Positions 26,474 to 36,093 of a stretch of DNA of 64,000 bases are shown here, in pieces (within the stretch, counting starts at the first letter, position 1; the number at the start of each line of letters is the position of its first letter). This DNA is from Squalus acanthias (Eukaryota), in assembly GCA_030390025.1 (NCBI GenBank), contig JASTWF010000088.1, positions 62,001 through 126,000 of the forward strand. Reading direction: 5' to 3'. The notes under the pieces are model-generated. The model was not told where the DNA came from. It was given only the letters and a program-made list of their open reading frames with translations, and did not search any database. A program made the position numbers and the translations under genes.

Positions 26474-27025
26474 TGTTGTGGAGAAAATTAGATTCTCAGA
26501 GTCTGTGTAAAGTCCAAAAACACATAGTTTATTGACAAAGTACTTTGGGAGAAGGAGTCAAAGGTCCCCGTGACCTAATGTAACCTCCTCTCATCTAACC
26601 TTTGGTTATTACGGCTTATATTCAGTATTTCTGGCTACATGCCATCATACATCGATTTCCATCCAATTACATTGCATTACATTAATCACCTGATTATATT
26701 TTGCCTTATTTATATTTATTTGGCAACAATCATAAAAGCAGTTACATCTTGTTATGCTTTTTTTGATCAAGGTTAATTTCACAATTTACTACTGTATGTT
26801 ATCTGTGATTGGCACCGTGCCTATGGTTTCTAGCTAACTTTGTAAAAGGCCTCTTTCAATACCTTCCAGTAGACACTGAATCCCACACTGAATCCTCCCC
26901 AAGAGTCTATTTGGCAGCTGTAGTCGTATCTATTCCTTATCTTGTTTTGCAAAACCTTCACTGCACATGGTTTTATTACGAATTCTGCAGAAATTGAATT
27001 TAACCATTTCAAATTAACCCTTTCA
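26474..27025 (-). repeat. ERV 3' LTR (552 bp)
   Basis: - strand TGAAAGGG...CAACA; AATAAA (tttatt at 26528); preceded by PPT aaacaggagggac (27026-27038). Confidence 0.95.
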
Positions 27026-27198
27026 GTCCCTCCTGTTTGGTCCCGGATCAAGCTTTTTGTCCCGGGAACCAATTACCTTGCCTTTGTTACCATCCCCGGG
27101 GTTATAACCCTGTATTGATGGTTTAGGATCCCTGTCCTGAGGACCCGTCCTTGTTTCTCTCTGCATCGGATAGGATGGGTTCAGTGTTTTATTCTTTG

Positions 27199-28776
27199 TT
27201 ACATAAAAGTGCCATCTCCTTCCTCCTCCCATAGCAGCATCATGGGGGCCACTTTTGCTGCCCCCACAATTGATTGTTTACACACGCATTTTAATAGTAA
27301 TATTATAGAATACATAATCAAGATTACAATGAAGAACAAAATCAATCCTTGTGCTATTGATGTCCCCAACATCCCTAGCCACCTAGTTGCCCAGCTCCAG
27401 AGGGTAAGTGCTGGAGGTTGCTTTAATTTCTTTATCTCCTGTTGTATATGCTCAGCCAGATTAGTTATATTTTCTGAGTTGTCTGGAATGTAGGTACAAC
27501 ATTCTGACCCTATTATTGCGCACGTTCCTCCTTCTTTGGCCAGAAGGTAATCGAGGGCCATCCTATTCTGAAGGGTTACTGTTCTTAAAGCGACCATCTC
27601 CGCATTAACGTGTCTCAAAGCTTCGGCTGTGTCGTTGGCTACTTGCTCTAACACCGCCGCTATGTTAATAGATTCTCTTGCTAACTTCCCCGATCCATAC
27701 CAGGGGAAGGCAATAGCGAAGCACCTTTCGGTTTCTGTGATTGCTCTTTTCGTGCGCAAAGTTAGGGTTTTAGTAATTCGAGTATACGGGATTACATATC
27801 CCATGTAACATGACCCTGTCCAGGACTGGGGCAACCATGGATATGCCTTGTGGCCGCATATAAAATAGGTACCGTTATAGGCGGTGAGGGATTGTACTGT
27901 TTCGGGGCTCCATCTCTGTATGAAACTACTGCCACTATTGGTGAGATTTTTGAACGAGAGTCTGGAACTGTTGGCGTTCTTATTTAAGTTCCAAGACTGG
28001 GAGCAACGACTCCATCCCATCTCTGTCCCCTTTTCTCCTTTCTTTAGGTTCCTGATCATGCATATCGCTCCCTGGGGTCTACCTACCCCTGAGGTATTTG
28101 TTAACATCAAAGACGGGGGTGGTTGAGTACGATTGTATTTGGGCTGATACCACCCCTGGAAGGTGGTCAGGTTGTAACCTGACGATTGCCATTCCTTTTT
28201 ATCCCCACTCACATCCACCTTATAGGTCCCTCCTTTAGTTTGAGCTCCCATCCTGAGACCATTCCTGGAAGAGTTTTGATTTAAATACCATGCTGCCATC
28301 TCTGACTCATTAAACGGTATTGGTCTTAAAGGGATCCCTTCCTGTGCATGTATAGGAACGTGTACACATACCCAACATTTAGATACATTACTTCGTTTTG
28401 CATAAGTATAAGACATATACAGAAATGTGTTTACATTTAATTCTCGTTTCAATCATCTGTTTGATTTCTCTTTTTGATATTTCTGGGCTGTGGGACACCG
28501 TAAGTCAACTAGGCAAGGAGTATCCCCGCATGGGACAGTCCAATTACTCCTGCCAGTTATATAAGTTCTTGAACCTTTGGTAAGCCGGGCTGTAGTGTTG
28601 GTTTCTCGCTCCAGCCTCCACTCCTCTCCGTCTCTTTCATCAGAGGCTGGGCAGTAAATCGTATCTTGGTCACACAATCTTATTGGATCTTGTCTCCGAA
28701 GAAGGCACTTGTATTTCAACGAGGCAATGTCCGTAGCGCATATTGCGATTACACTAATACACATAAGCAATTTCAT
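27199..28776 (-). pseudogene. env: ERV env, about 525 codons, one in-frame TGA at 28453-28455
   Basis: Signal peptide MKLLMCISVIAICA, CWVC (CXXC), RTKR furin site, ISD LQNRMALDYLLA, CX6CC (CAIIGSECC) and TM helix; the two ORF-track pieces are in the same frame. Confidence 0.9.
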
Positions 28777-28879
28777 CTTATTACTCTAAATTAACAACGT
28801 CCCAAAGGCTATATCGCCAACCTAACTATTTGTTGCTTGTAGATTCTGTTCTTCCTGTGAGGGTGTAATAATACAATTG

Positions 28880-29161
28880 TTAGTTTGGTTCTCCGATCAC
28901 AACCATTTGGATTTCCTCCCTTACTACCGGTCGGAGTTGATGTTGGCGGGACTGTTCCCATACATACTTCAGGATATAACCTAAGGTGTATCCTATTAGA
29001 AAAATGCATATAGTCCAAACCAGCGCTTGTACCAGCGCCCATTCGGATTCTTTATACTGTCTGGCATACTCTTCACTTTCTGTGAACGGTATTTGTTCTG
29101 GTGTAGCCATTTCTATGTTTGTGAAGGGTTGTAGGCTTTTAACTGTGTCCAGTGCTTCCAT
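28880..29161 (-). CDS. Putative ERV accessory single-pass membrane protein (76-93 aa)
   Basis: ATGs at 29161 and 29110 in good Kozak context; hydrophobic WALVQALVWTICIFLIGYTLGYILKYVW; fills the pol-env gap. Confidence 0.55.
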   Translation of the reverse strand: MEALDTVKSLQPFTNIEMATPEQIPFTESEEYARQYKESEWALVQALVWTICIFLIGYTLGYILKYVWEQSRQHQLRPVVREEIQMVVIGEPN

Positions 29162-32100
29162 CGTCCCATGCCCTTTATATCAATGCAAGCACACGTATCT
29201 CCGCTGATAAGGATTTGATATGGCCCCGACCATTTAGGGGCAAATGTGATTCCTGGCTTCCCTGGCAAGCTTTTAACCATGACCTTAGTCCCTGCCGGGG
29301 GAACGTATGGAAGCGCAGTTAATTCCCAATCCTTGTCTTTCTCTTCCTGCCTTTCCCGAGTTTGTTGTCGCATCTCTTTTAACTGATTACTTAATTCCAA
29401 GACGTACCGGCGGAGTCTATCTTTTAAAGGTCCTACGTCCTCCCCTCCGGTTATTATACCGTGTGGAAGCCGCATTGCCCTTCCTGTCATTAGCTCATAT
29501 GGTGATAAGCCTGTGGTCCGGTTTGGAGTTGCTCTTAATTTCATTAACACGGTTGGTAGCATATCTACCCATCGTTGATGCTTTTCCCCTAATGCCTTAG
29601 CTAAGGCTGTTTTCAGGGTTCGATTCATTCTCTCCACCATCCCGGAACTCTGAGGATGGTAGGGGATATGAAACTTCTGTTTGATGCCCATCCATGCGCA
29701 TATCTGTTTAACTATGGCTCCTGTAAAGTGAGTGCCCTGATCTGAGTCAATTTGAATTGGTACTCCCCATCTGGGAATTATTTCCTCTGCCATTATTCGT
29801 GCTACAGTGGTGGCAGTGCAATTCCGGGTGGGGAACGCTTCGACCCACCTTGTGAATTGGTCTATAATCACCAGGCAGTACCTGCGTCCCCTTGAGGTGG
29901 GTAGTGGCCCAGTGAAGTCTATCTGCATGTTCTCCCATGGTCCCCTTGGTCTCGGCTGGTGGGCCATTCGTATCTTAACTGGCCGTCCCGGATTATGTTG
30001 GGCACACGTTATGCATCTCTGGCAATGTTTCGCCACATCTCTTCCCAACCCCGGCCACCACCATTCCTTGCCTATTAATTCAATCATTGATCCCCGCCCG
30101 GTATGGGCATTTCCATGATGTAATTCTAAGAGTAACTGCCTAATACAGGTAGGGGCTATCACCTTTCCCTCTTTTCGCCATATGGCCTCTCTATCCGGTC
30201 TCCCTCCTGCATGGTACCATTCCTGCCTTTCTCCTTCTGAGGTATCTTTGTGTAGTTTACTAATATTTATTTCTTCCACCTGAACACTGGCTACACTTTC
30301 TTCGATGGTCTCTTGTTCGAGAGCCTGTTGTGCAGCCAGGTCGGCTGCATGATTACCCTCCTGTTCTATACTCTGTATCTTTTGGTGCGCTTTTATTTTC
30401 ATTACTGCTGCCTGCGTTGGGGCTTTTGCCGCTTCTAGGAGGTCTTCTATACGTTGTTGGTGCTTAATATGATCCCCTCCTGTTGTTACGAATCCCCTCC
30501 TTCCCCAAGCTGTCATGTAATCATGTACTACCCCAAACGCATATCTACTATCTGTGTAGATGTTTACAGTTCTGTCTTTAGCTAATTCCAGGGCTTTCGT
30601 TAGGGCTACTATCTCTGCCACTTGTGCCGAGAGTCCCCCGTCTAACCTTCCAGATAACTCAGTTTCCAACTGGCCATTAACAACTGCCCACCCGGTTCGT
30701 GGTGTTCCGTTAATATACTTTCGGGATCCATCCACATAAAGGGTAAGCTGAGCTTCCTCCAGTAGTTCATCCTGTATTGGGCTACTATCAACTTCGTCAT
30801 CTACATCCGCACATTCATGGGGTTCTCCCATCCCTAGAATACCTTCTGCTGGGTTCTCCCCGGTGTCCCGAACGATTTTTACTGATTCATCTTTGGGTAT
30901 CAATACAGCTTCCCATCGCGCCCTACGCATGTTTGACACTGACCTCAATTTGTTGTTATTTAACATTTCTACCAACGTATGTTTGGTGTGCAGGGTGATA
31001 TCCCCGGTCATTACTGTGGGTTCGCTCACCCTCACAGCCCATGCTGCACAATCTAATGCTGCTACACACCGTGACAGCCCTGCAGCCACCGGTGACTGCT
31101 GGGTGGAATAGTATGCTACCGGTCGTTTTCTGTCTCCATGCTGCTGGGTAACGACTGCAGCATAGAATCCTCCCTCATTTTCACAGTGTATATGGAATGG
31201 CTTTTTCATATCGGGTAGCCCGAGTCCCGGGGCTGTTATCAATGCCTGTTTTAATTTTCCATATGCTTCCTGTTGCTCATGTCCCCATTCAATGAGGGTG
31301 TTACTGGGGTTTCCCCCTTTTACGAGCCTCTGAATCGGTTCCGCTATCGCTGCGAAATTAGGTATAAAGTTCCTACTATAATTAAAAAGACCCAGGACTT
31401 TTCGGACTCCTCTAACTGAGACCGGTCGAGGCATCTCTTGTATTGCCTTTCGACGGTCACTAGGCATTGTCCTGATCCCCTGGGATATTTGTTGTCCCAA
31501 GTAAGTAACAATGCTCTGTCCAATCTGAGCCTTCCTGGGGTTTACTTTAAATCCACCCTTTTCTAGTGCTTGTAGGATTACACCCAGGGCTGCAGCATGC
31601 CCCTTTTCATCCTCTGATGCTATTAACAGATCATCTACATATTGTAATTCAGTGCTACGATACGGGGAAAGATCTATAGGTTCTAATAATGAACTCATTA
31701 CCCGATGAAATATTGCTGGACTATTGTGGAATCCCTGTGGCAATCGGGTCCACGTGTACTGTTTATTCCCCACGGTGAAGGCGAACTTACTCTGGGACTC
31801 CGGGTCCAAGGGCAAGGACCAGAATCCGTTGGCTATGTCCAATACTGTGAATATTTTGTGCTCCATACTCAAACCGTTTAAAATAGTGGCCGGGCTGGCC
31901 ACTATTGGGTGTAATTTTGGAGTTACCTTATTTAGGGCTGTGTAGTCAATAGTCAATCGATATGACCCATCTGGCTTCTTTACTGGCCACGCAGGGGAAT
32001 TGGTTGTACTTTCTGTTGCCCTAATTATTCCTCTTTCCTCCAAATCCCGTACTATCTTTAACACAGCTTCCTGTGCTTCTGGCTTAATGGGATATTGTCT

Positions 32101-32658
32101 GTGTGATTTATGCTCCGGACCGGGAACTATGATAGGGTCCACCTCTGCCAACCCAGTATCCTGCTTTGAGACTGCCCACACTGTCTTGATGTTCTCACAT
32201 ATAGCCCCATACGTCCCGTCTTTCTGACTCCAGTCTCGTTTTAATGTTTTTGCACTCCCCACCTTAGCTAGGTGACCCAAAGGTTTTGTTAATCCTGTCT
32301 TGTTTCCGTCTGTTTGGGACCAAATTAATTTATTCAGTATTGGACTTACCAGTATATTATATTCTCTTAACAGATCTATTCCTAAAATAGTTCCTTCATT
32401 ATTGGGGCATACATAAAATTGCGCGGGGAGTAATCGTCCCGCTATCTCTAATACCTGCACTTCACTTTTATATGCAGAGATTCGTTCCCCTCCTAATCCT
32501 GATATATATATTTTGTGTTTGGTGACGGGAAGAGGCAGGTCCGTTATTGACACTGCTGCTCCCGTGTCTACCAGCATATCGCACTGCCGGCCCCCTATCA
32601 GCACTGGCACATAGACACGGTCGTCATGCTCCTCTCCTCCCGCGGGGGCCGCTGCTAG
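29113..32658 (-). CDS. pol: ERV pro-pol (PR-RT-RNase H-IN), uninterrupted and in frame with gag
   Basis: LVDTGA, LPQGF, YVDD, LYVDGS, HHCC zinc domain, DFTG/DSDQG/ERMN DDE triad, KWSGPY. Confidence 0.95.
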   Translation of the reverse strand, partial: LAAAPAGGEEHDDRVYVPVLIGGRQCDMLVDTGAAVSITDLPLPVTKHKIYISGLGGERISAYKSEVQVLEIAGRLLPAQFYVCPNNEGTILGIDLLREYNILVSPILNKLIWSQTDGNKTGLTKPLGHLAKVGSAKTLKRDWSQKDGTYGAICENIKTVWAVSKQDTGLAEVDPIIVPGPEHKSHRQYPIKPEAQEAVLKIVRDLEERGIIRATESTTNSPAWPVKKPDGSYRLTIDYTALNKVTPKLHPIVASPATILNGLSMEHKIFTVLDIANGFWSLPLDPESQSKFAFTVGNKQYTWTRLPQGFHNSPAIFHRVMSSLLEPIDLSPYRSTELQYVDDLLIASEDEKGHAAALGVILQALEKGGFKVNPRKAQIGQSIVTYLGQQISQGIRTMPSDRRKAIQEMPRPVSVRGVRKVLGLFNYSRNFIPNFAAIAEPIQRLVKGGNPSNTLIEWGHEQQEAYGKLKQALITAPGLGLPDMKKPFHIHCENEGGFYAAVVTQQHGDRKRPVAYYSTQQSPVAAGLSRCVAALDCAAWAVRVSEPTVMTGDITLHTKHTLVEMLNNNKLRSVSNMRRARWEAVLIPKDESVKIVRDTGENPAEGILGMGEPHECADVDDEVDSSPIQDELLEEAQLTLYVDGSRKYINGTPRTGWAVVNGQLETELSGRLDGGLSAQVAEIVALTKALELAKDRTVNIYTDSRYAFGVVHDYMTAWGRRGFVTTGGDHIKHQQRIEDLLEAAKAPTQAAVMKIKAHQKIQSIEQEGNHAADLAAQQALEQETIEESVASVQVEEINISKLHKDTSEGERQEWYHAGGRPDREAIWRKEGKVIAPTCIRQLLLELHHGNAHTGRGSMIELIGKEWWWPGLGRDVAKHCQRCITCAQHNPGRPVKIRMAHQPRPRGPWENMQIDFTGPLPTSRGRRYCLVIIDQFTRWVEAFPTRNCTATTVARIMAEEIIPRWGVPIQIDSDQGTHFTGAIVKQICAWMGIKQKFHIPYHPQSSGMVERMNRTLKTALAKALGEKHQRWVDMLPTVLMKLRATPNRTTGLSPYELMTGRAMRLPHGIITGGEDVGPLKDRLRRYVLELSNQLKEMRQQTRERQEEKDKDWELTALPYVPPAGTKVMVKSLPGKPGITFAPKWSGPYQILISGDTCACIDIKGMGRWKHWTQLKAYNPSQT

Positions 32659-34827
32659 TCAGCGGTCATTTCCCTGGTCCTTGACAAGTTGCAAAAACCT
32701 CTGATATTCTTCGGGGCTCAGTCTAGGACCCTGATTTCCCGACCCCATATTTTCCCGCTTTGGGCCCCAGCAGTTGTTGGCGCGGTGTCCCGGCTTGCCG
32801 CAATTACCGCAAGTCGGGATACTTTGTTTGGGACTCCTACACTCCTTAGCCATATGTCCCATCTTCCCACAATTGAAACACGCCCCTCTCTTTGGCTGGG
32901 AGTTTCTTTGCTGAACTCCGACTGCTCCCACCTTTTCTTGTTTAATAACCTTTCCTCGCTCTCCTTCTGTTCCATCTATCTGACAAGCCCATTTAACTAC
33001 CGCATCGTAAGTGTCAGCCGTAACTACCCCCATTTTTAGTATCTTTTGGTGTTCTGAGGACAGACGATCTTTGTACATTTTTACAAATACCGGGTCGTCC
33101 CTTTGGGGGTTTTCCTGTCCCGAGGATTCCTGATATTGGTACCAGAGCCATTCCCCATACGAATTTGAATTTTCTCCCTTCTTCTGTTGTATCTGCATTA
33201 TTAAACCCCAATTTGGTGACGCAGCCCCCATCGTTTCCTGGACCGCTCTCTTGAACTCACTCCTCATTGTGTCCCGATTGGCTTGGGTTTCACTTGCTGT
33301 TGGACACCAAGTGCCATTTCGGAAATTATCTGGTAATGCATTCCACTTGTCTCTTGGGCACGTGGCACGAACTATCTGGTGGACATCCCTTTCATGCATA
33401 TTATGTATATCGTATAATTCTTCCAATTTTTCCCAAAATTCCACATTTCGTTTTCTTGGCTGTAATGTTCCCAAATCTTGATTTATCATTTGTTTTTCGG
33501 CGGGGGTAAATGCCTGATACCTAATTCTTGCGGCACGAGGACTACCTCCCACAGTCCGTATTATGGGTGCTGCCTTTTTAGTGATTGGCCCAAAAATTCG
33601 TGAGGAAGCCTTCGTGCGAGGGTAAGGCTTCCCCGCGATCTCTCTCTGCGCGTTGGCTTTTTCAGTCCCAGCTCACACGAACTTGATGTTCTGGACAGCA
33701 GCTGTGCAGGGCATCCGTATCCCACAGGCGCAGTTAGTTCGTGCGAGCTGTGGGATCACGTGACTCAGTTAGAGCCAATGGCAGCACACCATCTTTCATT
33801 CATAGCTTTCACATAAGTGCTGTGAAAGCTATGAATACTATACCCCCCCAAAAGAACAGCTAAACCTCAATTAAATTTAAAAAAAAACCATCACATTAAT
33901 AAAATAAGTATAGTTAAATAAATTAACTATTTTAAACAAAAAATTAAATTTTTGAAAAAATTTAAAATCTTTTAAAAAGTTATAAAAATAAACTTACCTG
34001 TCTTTAAAGTCTCTAAAAAAGATATACCTGTTAAAAAAAATTCAAAAAAATACTTAATTAACTACTTACCTTGTTAAAAGAGGGTCTTACGCCTCTTTTT
34101 TTTATGTGTAAAATCTTCCATACTTACCTGCGCGTTCAAAGCACTAAGTGCACTGCGTGCGCGCAGCCTGTAGTGCGCACACGGTTCACTTAGGAACCGC
34201 CCCCTTTTGCATTCACCAAGTGCCGGTTTTCAGCGCATGCGCAGTGCATGCAGAAAACCGGCAATTGGAGAAAGAATACGCGAGAGTACACAGTGCGTAC
34301 TCTCGCGTATCAACACTAATTTTTGGGCCATTATCTTTTCATCTTCATCATCCCCTTCGCTAAAATTATCTACCGGGGGTGCCGAAGCTGATACGGCATA
34401 TGGGGGGGGGGGGTATGTCATTTTCCTCACCATATCTTCTAACCCCCGCGCCAGCACTCAAGCCTGCCTGTTGTTCATTCCAGAGTTCACTTTTATCCAT
34501 TCTATATCCATCCTTTAATTTCTGTCCTGTCCTTAAGTATTCATTCTCCTGTTGTAGCTCTAAGATTTTCTCATTGTGTCTCATCAAGCCCACATGTAGA
34601 TCTCGCACCTTCCTGGTCACTACGACCAGTTGGTGTACCAAGATCACTCCTGCTTTCTTAATCTTTTTCTGTTTCTGTCTCATCCACCACTCCCTCTGAG
34701 TGACAGGTGACTGGAGCGGATCCCATCCGTCCTTAATCATCTTTTCCACCATACCCTTCCGGTCATCTGCATAGAACCTAGTAAGGGACCCCTCTGGCCC
34801 CCAGTCTAGTCCTTTCCCCGATGCCAT
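32659..34827 (-). pseudogene. gag: ERV gag, 473 aa after removing the MITE and one G from the G12 run
   Basis: PPPY late domain, MHR-like QIQQKKGENSNSY and two CCHC knuckles; the frame is restored across the MITE. Confidence 0.9.
33587..34329. mobile_element. Harbinger-type MITE, copy 2, inserted in gag
   Basis: TIRs ggcccaaaaatt / aatttttgggcc; ATT TSD. Confidence 0.9.
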
Positions 34828-35519
34828 CTATAGTCCGACATCAGTCCTCCACTGCGTCCCTCTAATCGGGCTGGTCTAGGAAACCTAGTCTGACGTCAGT
34901 CTTACCCTACTTCTGCTGCGTCTCGCTAGGCGACAGAGTCTCCTTTGAATAAAAAGTTCATGACACTTTGGTTACTCAATCACACCTCTGACTTTGCCTC
35001 CCGGAGTGCTTTGGAGCCTCTACGCCTACTTTATGGTCCTGGCCTTCACGTGGGGCATTTGCCCTCTTAATAACCGGCCTGAGGCTAGGCATATGAGACA
35101 GGCACTCCCCTTGTCCGCTGGGCTTAATCAGGTCTTACCCTTCTCGGCATATATCGCTACAACAGTTCTGCCTTAATTACTTTATATCATTCAAATGTCC
35201 TCAAATTGTGTACTCTTACTTTCATTCAATCCACACACTCAGTTAATCCTGGCCTTCGTGTGGGGCATTTGCCATCTTAACAACCAGCTCAGGCTGAGTG
35301 TGCCTTATTCAACATCCACAGTCACCATTTACTCACTTTCTCTCTCTCTCTCTTTCTCACATCTACTTACTGTGTGTTTTTCACTTCCCACAGCTCTTTC
35401 TCATTCGGAATGCTACGATGCTGTTACTCCGCGTTCCCAGATGACACAATTTTTGGACGGTCAAAATTTTGACTGCTCGTCCGAGTTCACTGGTACAAAC
35501 GGTCTGTCAACCTCGCAGC

Positions 35520-35537
35520 ACCCTGCTCGCAGCGCCA
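35520..35537 (-). promoter_or_regulatory. Primer-binding site, tRNA-Ser-like
   Basis: TGGCGCTGCGAGCAGGGT 3 nt after the 5' LTR; complementary to ACCCTGCTCGCAGCGCCA, close to the vertebrate tRNA-Ser 3' end as recalled. Confidence 0.8.
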
Positions 35538-35540
35538 AAT

Positions 35541-36093
35541 TGTTGTGGAGAAAATTAGATTCTCAGAGTCTGTGTAAAGTCCAAAAACACATAGTTTATT
35601 GACAAAGTACTTTGGGAGAAGGAGTCAAAGGTCCCCGTGACCTAATGTAACCTCCTCTCATCTAACCTTTGGTTATTACGGCTTATATTCAGTATTTCTG
35701 GCTACATGCCATCATACATCGATTTCCATCCAATTACATTGCATTACATTAATCACCTGATTATATTTTTGCCTTATTTATATTTATTTGGCAACAATCA
35801 TAAAAGCAGTTACATCTTGTTATGCTTTTTTTGATCAAGGTTAATTTCACAATTTACTACTGTATGTTATCTGTGATTGGCACCGTGCCTATGGTTTCTA
35901 GCTAACTTTGTAAAAGGCCTCTTTCAATACCTTCCAGTAGACACTGAATCCCACACTGAATCCTCCCCAAGAGTCTATTTGGCAGCTGTAGTCGTATCTA
36001 TTCCTTATCTTGTTTTGCAAAACCTTCACTGCACATGGTTTTATTATGAATTCTGCAGAAATTGAATTTAACCATTTCAAATTAACCCTTTCA
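35541..36093 (-). repeat. ERV 5' LTR (553 bp)
   Basis: Same as 26474-27025 except one T indel and one C/T change seen by eye. Confidence 0.95.

Larger units (their letters stand above)
26474..36093 (-). mobile_element. Full-length endogenous retrovirus (gamma-type Env, fish-retrovirus-like)
   Basis: Paired LTRs, CCTTT TSD (26469-26473 / 36094-36098), PBS, PPT and gag-pro-pol-env. Confidence 0.97.

Noticed and set aside
26809-27072. Short ORFs duplicated in both LTRs
   Set aside because: Non-ATG starts and no motifs; duplicated only because the LTRs are
28809-29042. 77-aa ORF starting MGAGTS (myristoylation-like) overlapping the accessory ORF
   Set aside because: Weak Kozak context and no other support; not excluded, but cannot be supported
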